Positions 12,494 to 25,700 of a DNA stretch of 64,000 nt are shown here, in pieces. Source of the stretch: Lepidodermella squamata (Eukaryota; Animalia; Gastrotricha). Position 1 is the first letter of the stretch, and each line of letters starts with the position of its first letter. The stretch lies in NCBI GenBank assembly GCA_047495785.1, contig JBLDXI010000019.1, positions 3,410,001 through 3,474,000 of the forward strand, read 5' to 3'. Both the position numbers and the translations under genes were made by a program. Under the pieces are notes generated by a model that was given only the letters and a program-made list of their open reading frames with translations, was not told the DNA's origin and made no database searches.

Positions 12494-13791
12494 TTTTTTT
12501 GCTATTCATTAAAAGTTTGGTAAAAAAAAACCAACGTGTAAAAGTCATTGATTTGACTCAAGGGCACGTGCCTTGAGTAAGAAATAAATGGCCTTAAAAT
12601 TAGAAAAAAAATAATTCACTCACTGGTAACGAAAACCTTGCGTGACAATTTCAAGTTTATTTGTACCTTTTGCTTTATTATGCCATAGGGTACCAGCTAT
12701 GTAGTTGGAGAAGCATTTCACGGATATAATCGTCGACGGTTTTAGAACATGACTGCTAATCGATAGTAATATTGTGAAATCAGGCTCATCTCTCGTGAAT
12801 TTTATAATTTTATTCTGCAACAGAAGAGCCGAATTTTACGCTCATCCTGCTCTGCATCTGCCGTGCAGTTGACGAATTCAAAGTTGAACTGCGGCGGTTT
12901 GCACTCGCATTTGCATGTTGAATCCCCAGCAAAATATTGGTTGGCCGGTTAATTTTCAATATTTTTCGGACAGCCATTCTGGTACGCGAAGAATTCACTC
13001 GGGTTGTTCGTAACTGAAGCTCTCTTTAGGGTCGACGTTGTCACGGCATTGAACCCCGAAAAAACACCTGGCGTTGCCTCTCAGACACCCAAATTTCCGA
13101 CTTTGACGAATAGGTGGAGCTAGGTTTTATGTTCATGCTAAGATGGATTTCGGGAGCCTCATTGTGATGAAAGAACTCCACGTCGATCATTACATTTCAG
13201 CCTGTCCAGAAATAGTCAAGCTACAGGCTGCTCAAGAAATACTAGGCAGTTTGAGCACCTGATTTCGAATTTTCTAGCCAGAAAACAGCAGTTATTCAAT
13301 GAACGCGGCGCCAACTATGTTTTTCGGAGAATGCTTAGTTTCAAGAATGAGGCTTTGTGAATCATCATGACGCAAAGGCAGATAGGTACTCTTCGCGAAC
13401 AAAGCTCCATAGGCTGGAACTCGAAAGGAGAAATGTCCACTTAACGCTGCCTCCTGGGTGCTCCTGAAGCGATCAAGCAGAAATTCAACTTCTCCCCAAA
13501 CTTGATATCCAAGCCGGAAAGCTACTACGAATGACCCAAAAAATGCATCCCAGGCTGTTTTCAAAAGTCAGGAAAAGAACCTTACATGATTTTATTGTGT
13601 TTCGAAGTCATAAAATTTAAAAATTTAACATTCCATATTATCAATAATCACTTGACAGCAGTTCTAAGAAAGATGCGATTCATAAATCAGAGTTATTTCG
13701 TATCACATGCACGTTTTGTTATTACATTAAATTCTGTCCAATAAAATTTCAAAATTCGAAATAAAAAAGTCTCTAATATTCACAAAACTTG

Positions 13792-16700
13792 TTACAAATC
13801 ACTTCGGTCGACGACAATCGCACTTGGCGGCGAGGCGAACATCGTCTCGGCCAAATTCTTCGCCGAGTCGTAACTCTGGTTCGGCAAATCCGGCGACGAA
13901 CCAGCTCGTTGCAGGCTGCTGGCCACGGAGGAAGCGCTCAGCGCGGCCTGGTTAAGCGAAGGCTCACTGACAGCCGGCGCCAGTTGCTGCGGCATCTGAA
14001 GCGTGACGGCAATGTTGTTCGAAATGAACGTATCAGACGTCGACAACAGGGTCAGCGTGTCTGAACTAGCGCGATATGGCTCGAAGTGGTTGGTCATGCT
14101 TGAGTTGCGGCCATTCGTCACGGTTGACGTGGTGCGAGCCGGGTCGAGACTGGTCATCGGTTTCATCGAGCTCGAATCGCTAGGAAAGGAGAGATCGTCG
14201 AAAGTCGACCCGCTCGAGCCACTTCCTGACGAGCTGGTCGAGTCTTTGACGACCAGGTTCTGCGGCAACTCTTCCATTTCGTTCAGGTTCAGCGAGCACT
14301 GCGATAGCGATAGCATGTTCTGCATGGGCTTCGACACAACCGGGTTGCGGCAGCCCTCGGCCAGCGGGCGGGAATCGTCGTCGGTCGTGAAAATCGAGTC
14401 GTTGTTGTTGTTGTGGAAGCGCTGGAAGACATTGCGTGAGACGGAGCGGCGCATTGACGTGAAAGCTGAGCTTCCACTCGTCGCGTCATTGGAGCGAGCG
14501 GCGGTTAGGAAAGCGCCGACACGCTGGCTGATTCCGCTAAAAAACAGTAAAAACAAACATATGAAAGCAAAATTCGGAGTCACTACTAGCCTAATTTAGA
14601 GAATTACGATTGCAGAAACCGTAATCTAAAATATGTGACTATTAAAATGCCACCGTTGAAAAGAAGGGAAAATTGGAGCCCCGAACCCCTAATTGTTCCT
14701 TCGACGGAAAATTTTGTCGGCATCTTTCCGCCTAGCCTAATCAAGGAAATTTGGTCTGCTGCTGCAGCCGACTTCAGAAGCAAAGTGTGCACCGTCACGT
14801 AATCGTCATGGCCATTAGCGCCCGAAAGCGTTTTGAGCAGCCAGGCGATCGCCATTCGCTCAACTTTCACGACTTTCACCAAATTTCTCGGTTCGCGTTT
14901 GAAGTGATGGAAGTTAATGGCACTTACTACCCAGGCGAGACTGTTCTCGAACTCGTTGAGAGTCTGCAGCGCCATTTGCGAGAACACAACTGTGACTTCG
15001 ACTTTCGTCGCAACGCTCCATTTAAACGCACCAAATCTAAAGCTGCGGCAATTTTTGCGGTGTTTTTGCGTTTTTTACTAAATGTATTCCCTCTCATGTT
15101 ACGCACATAGGCTATCAACCCGGAGTTATTCGCCCGGGCTACGGATACCACAGCCTGGGTTCGAAATGCATGTCGGCCGAAACCAGACCAGTCGAAGAAT
15201 GGGTCAATGATAAAACATTCATGCCGGGCGACAAGTTCACAGTACGAGACAGCTATTTCGGCCAGTATCTCGTCATAGGTTTGTCTCGCAAAACGCTGTT
15301 GCGAGTGCCAAAGGCACCTGTTGACGCCCTTGTCGGCGTCGGTGGGGTGGGCGAGTTTGACTCGTGTGATGACGCGTCTCACTTCGGTTCTGATGAAGAA
15401 GCAGAGCAAGCGGCAGTCACTGGTTCAAGCGCAGGAAATGTGATCAATGACGATGAGTCGGAATTCAGGTCGTGTACTGCCACTCCTTGAAACGGGCGAT
15501 CTTGGAACGCCGTCGACTTCGCTACGTCGCATTTCGCTGCGATGCGCAAAGCCGCTAAGCAAGGTATTTTCTTCTACGTAACCTATCTATCTCCCCCATC
15601 AACGTTTCTCCTTTTACCTGAAATGGGCGCTCCGACTGATGCAAGGTAGGCCTGTCAGTCGGGATTGCTTGGGATAGACCACCCTATAGGTTCCTATATG
15701 TACTGCAGAATGCGAGCGATGATTTTCGGTCATGAACCTGATTCACACCGCCAAATATATTTATTTTAACAGCTCTCCTGTTTGTCTCTATTAATGGGTC
15801 AAGGTTGGCTGACTTCGAGCCAATAGGCTTTGTTAAAAGTTGGCTGCCCCTTTCAACAGGCGCGAAACCATCATAAACAAAATTGTCCACCCCACCAGAG
15901 GAATACGTAATCAATGCGAGCAGCGCAATTTTTCCCACTAGTCTTTTTGTCATGAGATGCTATCCGTACCTGGGAGCCAAATAAGGGGCCAAAATAGGTT
16001 GCACAAAAGGGGTATGCCTCTACAAAAAATCGAACTCAGAAAAATCGAGAAAAATCGATATTTCCATATCGGGTAATTTTAGTCACATTTTTGTTTGTCG
16101 GAGGAAATAAGACATTGCGTCGGTAAGGCGAATAAAAGGGCCAAGTGCGTTTATCAAAATTTTCCAGGAAACGAAAAAAAATAGATTACGCTTCAATAAA
16201 GCAGTATTTTCGGTCGCCTCTATAGACCTAGGGTTAGTTTTCGATGAGGATCACGAATATCAACTCAGATTTCCCTAAAAACACCTGTAACACCTGCTTG
16301 CTGCACTTGGCCCTTTTATTCGCGATGTTATTCGAAATGCACTTTTTTCGGCAAATGACTGCGTTTCTTCATGGATTTAATAGAAAATGATCAAGAAGCA
16401 TGCCTGTAATAAGATTGAACTTATTCTTGATCGCTATAATCCTTCATTCAATGTAAATGGTTCTTTTAAATTGGCATTGGTTTTAGAGCCTAATCAGCCG
16501 TTCGGTCTCCGATTAAAATGGCTCAAAATCTACCATTTTTCGACATGAAAATTCAGATAATTTGCGAGCAAAACCAAATACCATATTGAGAAACCGAATT
16601 TAACTGAAACAGAACCGAAATTCAAAACTTGGAGTCTTTGAAAAATTCTCGTAAGCAACCATAGAATCCCAATAGAAATCTGAAAACTAAGGTTCGCTGA

Positions 16701-19700
16701 AAAGTAGGTCCCTTTTTCATGAGACAAAGAAAGGCTCTAAAAACATTTCTAAAGCTTCTTCTTGGTAATAACTTTTTCCATACCTATTTCAACAAGTTTC
16801 CGATTCAACTAAAAATGAATAAATTTCCAACGGAAATGATTATAAATCTTTGCTAGATTCATAATTCTGACTAACTACTACCTATTTTGTTTTGAACTGG
16901 TCTATGGCGAATTTGAATAAACGGCAAAAGCCATTCGACGCGCCGGGTCTAATATAGGTGATATAGCTAATAAAACGATTTTCGAAAAACATGCTGCTTA
17001 GCCCTTTTATTCGCGATACCGACGATTGGTCGGATAAAAGAAAGACATTGGTCGGGTGAAAAACGGTTTCCCCATTAAAAAATACTTGGAATGGTTTACT
17101 TTTCATAGAGCCATGTGATCGAAAAGAATGTTTTCATGAAATCTTATTCTCAGTAAATTTATTAAATTAATATTTTTCCGGGTGTGATCGAAAGGAAATT
17201 TGCCCCAATTTTTATTAAATTTATCTGATTTTGAGAAAACCTGAAAATTATTGCTGTTGCGTAACAAGTGAAAATATTGCGAAACACAGATGTAGGTGTC
17301 AGGTGTCATTCTTAATTTCATTCTCAATATTCGTCGTTTTTAGACTAGCGGAGGGTTACGGAGGGGTTCGTTAATGCCATCAGTTGCCAGACGCTTTGTT
17401 TTGATTACGCAACTGCGCTCTCGCGAAAAAAGTGAATTTTAATTTTTAATGGGTTTTCAGAGTGAAAATGCCCTGAGAATTTTTTTTTACTGAAAAATGA
17501 GTTGTAGCTAAAGGAAATTAAGTTCAGGTTGGGCCGAAATCAAATTCAGCTACCGCAGCAAATTAATTTTCGTGGCTATGGCACTCAAAATGGAGGCTGG
17601 GCAAAATCATTTTGCTGCATTTCACTGCTGTGAAGAATATTTTGAATGTCGAATGTGACATCAAAATGTGTTGTATTTTATTATTATTTTATTATTTTTT
17701 ATACAACATGTCGTTCTTTAAAGCAAGGACCGCGACGATGTTTTTCATATTTTGTAGAGGTCGAAATGGGGGATGATTAAAAATTAAAAATTATTATAAA
17801 TCTGCTGTTATAGCGTGTAAAATAACCAAAATTACCGAAGCAGGAGTTTTCCGGGTTTTCCCCGTAAATTTTTAATTTCTACGGTAAATCGCGGATATAA
17901 GCTGGAAGATTCTTCCCATAGGTTTGATTTTGAAAAAATTCAGCTAAATTTCCTCCAAAAATTTGTAAAAATCAATAACGATAACTTATGGAACACGCTG
18001 AATTTCTTTCGGCTACTACTCTTATTCGTTAAATCGCGATTAAAAAGGATCAAATATTTTCCTCGATTTTTTTATTCCAAAAATTTGAAAATTTAAAAAA
18101 TGGTTGCGTAAATCATGGGACAAGTTTTATTTGTTGTAGGTCACGACTTTCATTAGAAAAATAGGGCGAAATTCTCAATCCGCGACCATCTAAATGGTGA
18201 ACCGATTTTAAAAAATTATCGACGTTAGGGTTGATAGTCAAATATTCTTTGCTCATCAAATTTCCGATTTGAATATGGCAAAATTAGTAAATTTAATCAG
18301 ATAATCAAATTATTGAAGAAATTCAACGTGCCGAAATATTCCACTAATTGAGGCTACAAGTAAAAATAACTTTCAAGTACCCATAAAGAAGAAATTATAC
18401 TTCTAAAATTAATTTTTGAAATTGCTTTCTTGACGCTTTGGAAAAAAATCGAGATTCAAATTTCCGAAATTCCTCAGTTGCGTAATCGAAATTTGTCTTA
18501 ACAGAGCCTCTAAATAGAGCATAGTAGCCGATGGCGTTAACGAACGCCTCCGTACCCCTCCGTCGTGTAAAAACGACGATTGAAAAACGAAAGCGACTTC
18601 AAGTTCCTTGACGAAACTTGAATTTTTCAGCCTTCTTATTCAACATTTCGAATATAATCGTAGTCACAATTTTCGCTTCGCGTTGATCGGTTGATCGGTT
18701 CGCGATGGGAAACAGAATGATAATAACGAGAAGAAGGGCAAGAGAGAAAGGGGCAAGAATTACACAAGAAATTAGAATTGTAATTCGATATCTTCGTATG
18801 AACCTCATCGTGGCGACTCCGGGAATCCATGTTTGGTGTCCCTCATAACGCATCTGAGTGATCCTTTGAGCGAAGTTCAGCGTCGATCCCAGGCCACGTT
18901 CGAATTGGCATCGAATGTCTTTTTGGTATACTCAAAGGTTGCTTCAGAGTCATTCGCGATGATGACAACAAATTTCGACTCCGCTACACATGTATTCTGT
19001 GTGCCCGTTGCGTGCTTCATAATATTGCAACATCGCGAAACGAGCGTGTTGATGAAAACTGGCTACCTCAAGAGAAAGAAGGCTCACATAGTTTTTCCCA
19101 CTTATCTAGCGCTTAAGGGTAGTGCAGTAGGCTTTTCTCGTCGGGGTCAACTAGTCGAAATTTTCGATGAAATTTTGACGAAATTGATAAAAATCAAGCT
19201 CGACTTCAATAAACTTGATATGAAGACGAACATTACAAGTGCCTGCTCAAACTTAGCGCGGTTCGAAGGAGAAAGTGTCTGGACAGGACTTGGCGATGTT
19301 TGTAGCCCTGTTGCGTAATCGATTTTGGGCAAAAATATATTAATTTTAAGGAATTTCGCCAATCTTAAAGGAATCTTAAATATTAAATAAAAATTTACCG
19401 AAAAACGGTAAAATTTAAATATTTTTTAGCTCAAAACGACAAAATTTATTTAATTTCAGCTTTTTATAAAAACATTTACTTCGATCACATGGCTCATACC
19501 CACACCAATAAATAATGAATAAATAATACCAATAAATAAATAAATATAGTTACAATTATTATTATTATTATATAATAATAGTAAATAACTCATAATTTTG
19601 AGTCTCGGTCTAAACGGGTTAAATAACAGTGAAGCTTACCGTTCGAGTGGATAAATGCCCTGTTGGCTGTTCCAGGACCAGACGGCGAACATGACCGCAC

Positions 19701-22700
19701 AAGCCGCCAGCATAGACAGCGCCGAAATAACAGCCGCGCGAATCACGTCGCCCTGGCGATCTTCGGCATGCAGCTGCCGGACTCCGAAAGACACGGCATC
19801 ACCCGCGTCCGGGATTTTCTCACTCTTCATCGCAACATCGGCACTGGCGACGTACTGGTTCACCGGGGTTCGGCGGATTCGCTCGAAAAACGCCCGCTGG
19901 TCGATGTAGCACAGCTCGGCGAGTTCGGGCAGCAGGTGCGTGGTCATGTTCACCGGGCGGCACTCTTCCAGTGTTTCGGGGTTGGCGCGACGTTCGAAAT
20001 CGGACGCCCAACGGTAGCCTCGGCGGCATTGGCACACGCCGTCGCGGCACTCCTGGTCGCGGAAAGAGTGGTAGCACAGGGCATCGGGTCCGCAAGGCTC
20101 GCCGTGTACTGAGTAGCGGAAGTCGGGGTTGGGCGAGACGGGTTTGCAGCGCTGGCCGTCGGCCGATGGTGTCCAGCCGGGGATGCAATCGCACGTTCCA
20201 GCATCTGTGCAGGTCATGACCTAACAGGAAAAATAAAATAAAATAAAGTTAGCTAAAAAGAGAAACGAAAGTAGTTGGATAGCACAAAATCCGTTTTTGA
20301 GCTATCCAATGGCGAAGGTCCAATGAGAATCTACATATCCCTGGCAAATGGTAAAATTCCATATCGGGACGAAATTTTGCTTGGGAATTCTCACAGCCTT
20401 AACCTTCAAGTGTCCAATTATCGTTATCGAAAAAAATGAAAACGATTGGTTAATGCAGGGCATTTAGGTGAAAATCAAATTAAACTCAGGTTAATTTTGG
20501 ACGCAAGCAGAAAAAAAATCTGAAAATCTTTGAAACATTTCGTAAATTTTTCGAATTAAAAGTCAAAGGACGATGCAAACTTATAACTCGAAACGACATT
20601 CTTTGAAACTTATTAGCGTTAAAAATAATCAACTAATTGTGATATAATTTGATATAACCAGGTAAAAACCAGAAATTACTGAACAGGAGATTTCAGGGTT
20701 TTTCCGGTAAATTTTCAATTTCTTCGGTAAATCGTGGATAAAGGATGGAATATTCCGCCAGTGGCCCTAATTTCAAAAATTAGTTCAAATTCCTAAAATA
20801 AATTTCTAAAATTAGAAATGGTTGCGCAATTCATGAGGCGCACTGTACTATAAAATTATTAATTATAAGACTGATTTTAAATATCTGAAAACATAGTTTT
20901 TCCAAAATGTAAAACCCGAAATTTTGGATCGAAGTACTGGTATTCATCTCAAATAATGATAAATTACAGCTAAGAACACGCTCAAAGTAACATACCTGAG
21001 ACTCGCAAGAAACCGATTCATCGCACGGCTCGCCGATACCAGCAGCCGGCAAGCAGCTCATGCCGTCAAAGCGAAGCCAGTAGCCACTCGAGCACATGCA
21101 CACCGAAGTCCTCGCATCGCGAACAACACACTCAGCATTTTTCGGACACGTCGTATCCGGCTCGCAGTGACCGTACGGCCGCGACTGATAATTCAGCACC
21201 TTGACGCTCATCGACGGCAACTTTGCCGCCTTGCGAATCTTGATCGGCGCCAACAGGAACATGGTACCCGGCTGAATCATGCCGTAATCCATCTCCTCCA
21301 ACACGTCGTAGAAATCACCCGGGTGATACGCAAAGTCGTCCGGCTCGGCCTCGGCAATAACAGCCGGTGTCATGATGTCGTAGTGGAAACCGATTACATC
21401 CCCCGCCTCGGCGTAAATCTGCTGTTCGACGCCGATTTCAACGGTCTGGAGGCCGTAGCCGAAGGACGTGACCCGGTTAGACCCGATCAATAGATACATT
21501 TGCTGCGTACCATTTCGCCGCCAGATGTCGAAGTAGACCGACGCGGGTTCATCTACAACGCTGAAAAACGACCACGATTTAACGAAGCCACGGCATTTCA
21601 GAGGTTTTGAGACAAAAATCGACAGGGTGTTCTTTTGGCTCTTGGTGTTGAATTCCTTTTCCGGGATAGCCTTGCCCCAAATGCAGCCGGTTACGCAGAG
21701 TGGAGGTTCAGTCCAGCGGCCTGAGACTCGGCACGTCACGTTCTCCTTGCCGACTAGGAAATACCCGCTGTCGCATTTGTAGGTCCGGGTGGCGCCTTGG
21801 GTGGTCTCGCGGCCCATGAGGGCGCTGTTCGGCACGACGGGCGGGTTGCCGCACGAGACGAGGGCGCGGCGGACGATGGGGTTGACGGCGGGGATGCGCC
21901 AGCGTTTTCGGAGGCCGGCACTGCGCTCGGCGAGCACGATGCGGCCGTTCATTTTGATGAGATCGTTGTGGCCGACATTGAACGCCCAGCCGTCGTACAT
22001 CTGCTCAGCCTAAAATAATAATAAAAAGATGTTATTAATCTGAATTTTTAAAATGTGCAATGTTCGCCGACTTTCAACTTCACTTGAACTTCATACTTTC
22101 GATAAATTTCATGTGTCGTCGGCACGTTAACTTCGAAAACTTGTTTTCGGCGAGGCAAAATGGTTTTCAAAACTTTCCGAAATTAAAAGCTGAACTAATC
22201 AAGCTATTTGCTTGCGACCCTGCATCGCCGATGAGCATTCTGCATGCTTAACCGGTAAGTATATTGCACATTTTTCCCCATATCTCATCGAGATGAAGGC
22301 GCGATGAAAGCACTTGAACTCGCCAAAGCATGCTCAACTCTCGAATGGGCTTCTGTTCTTGACCCGTCGAAATGGTCGAATGTTGAAGAACCTGAGCGAT
22401 CGATCTTCGGGGCTCATCAAGTTCGTAATATTGCTGATAAGCTGCAGCTAAAACCATTAATGCTGATTCTGTAACCGTCAAACCTCATCACCGCTCAAAT
22501 TAAGTTAAACAAATTGATAGAGCTAAGACGATCAACCCCAAGTTTGAGCGTCGACCTAAATACCGTATATATAGCTTCATATACCCGTTATTACCGCCCG
22601 TCCCGTTTACAACCCCCTTTTAAGGCCTTTGGAAAAATAAGGCCTCATACTCGCAATAGCAACCCGCGATCTAAATTTGAAACAAAACTTTGAAAATCGC

Positions 22701-25700
22701 ATTTAAAAATAATTGCGCATGCATTTTTGAAATTCCATTTCTGAGGCGTTTTTATGGGCATATTTAATAGAAAATGGCAAAAAATAGGTGTGTGAGAGAA
22801 TTTAAGCAACGAAAATAGCCAGAGTAGCAATGGTTTTCCTAGCATCCATCAACTTGAAAAATTTTCTAGCTCATTTGAAAAAAACTTGAATTTCAAATTT
22901 TCAAAAATTTGCATAAAATAGGCTGAAAACTCGCTATCGAACGATGAAGTTCTCGGTTTTGATGAAACGTTGTTGACTTTAGTTCAAGAATTGTCAATTT
23001 AATCTAATTTTCTCTCAATTTTAACACTTGAAAACTTGCTTTGAAACAATTAAGCCGCATGCTCGCAATTGTAGCACGCCCCGTTTACAACCCCCTCTTT
23101 CGAAGCTTTGAAATTACAATACCCCTGAAGCTATTACGGAAAATACGGTATGTCATGGACAAATGCAAGCCTTGAATTTGTCGGAATCCACGCTGCTACA
23201 AGCGATTGCTGGTAAAACACGCTGGCTAAGAGCAAGCCAACCGAATGCTAAATGAAATGAAATTGAAAGTCGCAGCGACTCTGATGTCACCGATCAATCA
23301 TCTTGAAGATTTGAAAATCCTGGATTCACTTATCAAACGCTTCCCCAATCTGTGAGTTGTTCTCTGCGGTCTCTTGGCATTCTCAAACCAAATTTTCACT
23401 CACTGATTGATTAATCGAAAATCAAATCAAACGTTAGTCACGAAACGGATTTGTTTCTAGTTCTAATTTCAGTCAACTAATTTCGGACTAGTTAGTTTAA
23501 AATTCAAACTTCAGACTAAAAATTAAAACTAGCTACGCCAGTTAGTTAGAAATGACATAGGAAACCAGATAAATTTGAATTATTTGTTCAATTGAAATAC
23601 GGCCCTTCAGTTTATCATACTACGTACCGCAGCGAGCGTTCCTACCAATCAAAAGCCAGTCAAAAGCCTGAAGAACATATTGGTATCGATCTCAAAATAC
23701 TCGGCTTTGTAAGCTTCTTCTTTCGTTAGAGCTGTTAAAACTTCAACAGCCAGCAGGTATGGATAATGAGCTTTTTCTCTAACTTTTTGAATATGTAGTA
23801 CTTTTGCAGACAGTTTGCACGCAAGCCTCTAGATATCGCAATAGGGTTTTGTCAAACAGAAACTTATCTTTACTAGAGTTCGAATACAGCGCCTCCCCCG
23901 TCATCCCCGTCATGACATTTTCTGTATCAAGGTACGAAATCTATTACGCAATTTTTCCAGTGCTCGCAACTGAAGAAAGCTCAAGTTCTAGATACTCTCA
24001 CATAATTCCCAAGTGGAGCTGTTAACAATGGGACCAATGCAGAGTTGTCCACGGGTCCGAAATAGTGGACCCGACCCGAACCGGACTTAGGAATCCCAAA
24101 CCCGGAACCGATTCGACCCGAACCGGGGTCTAAACTGGGCGCATTTTCCGAGGTTTTTCCTGATCGGAAAAGGACATATTCTAGGTTAAGTTCACCGAAA
24201 AATCGCTAAAATGGTTTTCCTACGATTTTACAGCTAATAAGTGACATTGAACACACTAATTTTTTCGGTATGGTGAGTTTCTAGCTATGTCTAGGTAACA
24301 GGCACCCAGTGACGGGTCCACGGGGCGGACCCGGACCCGAACCGAACCGAACCGAACCGGCTTAGAACCGACCCGTGGACAACTCTGGACCAATGCTCAT
24401 TAAATGACAAAATGACAAAATGAAGATTGGAAAAGTATCAATTTCATGGTTTCATTAGTTTCAGATGGTTAAACTCACCAAGTAAGGCAGCGGTTTGGTT
24501 TCGTCAGCGTGCGGCACAACCACGCGTTCCTGCGGCATGAACGGGTCGTCGTAGTGAATACCGACCAAATAGTCCTGCAGCACCGTGATGCGCTCATCGC
24601 CCGTGACGTAGTACGTCTGCAGACCCGTACCGTTAACCGGAACGCGATTCACCCCAACCAACTCAAAGGCCTTCTCGGAGATGTACCGCCAAACGCCGAA
24701 ATACACAACACCCTGCTGGGCGAGGCTGTAAAACTGCCATTCAGCGATTACGCCAGCGCATGGGAATCGCATATCGCGGAAAATGTTCAAAAAACTCGCA
24801 GCGTTCGCCAGCGATTCGTTGAACAAATTCGGCCCAGTTCGGCAGAGCTCGACCGGCAGACAAACCGGCGGGTTGGTCCACATGTTGGGCGAGCGGCAGA
24901 ACACGTCCTTCGAGCCGTGAATTGCGTAGCCCTTGTTGCATTCGTAGCTCGCAACTGCGCCTTGATTCGTGTCTTTCGCCACGTACTTCGCGTGGGGCAC
25001 TTCGGCGGGGAGACCGCAGCCGGGCAGGGCGTTGGCGTAGGCGATGACTGGGGGTAGGCGGAGGGAGGTTCGCGACAACCGGCGCAGGTCGAGGTAGCCG
25101 TGGTTCGAGGAGGTTTGCTGGTCGAGGGCGGCGTCGTTGAGATCGACGATGAAGGTGTCGCCCAGAAGACGGGCCAATTCACCGGCTGTTCGGGTGTTGA
25201 AAACTGGAACTACAGGAGTAACCTACCAAAACAAAAGAGCATTCAGCTATAAAGGTCCGCAAATAATAAGTGAATGTAAATGAATCTTTTGATTCATAGC
25301 TAACAATGATTCACAGACATAGCAAACCTTGGCCGCCTTCAAGCAGGCCATCGGGGCATTGGTTGGCTTCACTCTTCCCATGAAAGTTATACAACGACAC
25401 GATTCTACGAAAGAAACTCTAAATCGTCCACTTTTCCCCGTAGGAAGTGACGGAATTGAGGAATTGAGAATTCTGATTTGAACAAACAAATTCATCTCTA
25501 TTTTGCCATTCCTATTGGGGAGGCACAGTGGCTCAGTTGGGTCGTTGAGCTACTGTGTATCTGAGGGGATATCGCTCGGGACTGGGTTCAAGTCCTAGTG
25601 ACGGAACCAGGATCGAGTCCCCCCTCGGCCCCGCGGTGGTTTACCAATCCATCGCGTTACAAAATAGAAAATTGGGAGGCTGGGAGTGTCAGCTAGACTG

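Noticed and set aside
12810-13564. Short ORFs between the Cys-rich gene and the receptor 3' end
   Set aside because: No splice model or domain similarity could be identified.
14003-14599. 198 aa + strand ORF (likewise 24509-25057, 30166-30528, 48399-48995, 54718-55209, 57995-58573)
   Set aside because: These are antisense shadows of real exons, caused by codon bias or repeats; they have no independent motifs.
18599-19362. ORFs 18833-19318 and 18599-18853 as a nested gene
   Set aside because: No ATG-led coherent model or recognisable motif; probably decayed TE sequence.
25517-25600. Functional tRNA gene
   Set aside because: No convincing cloverleaf, and it continues into a SINE-like body and tail.
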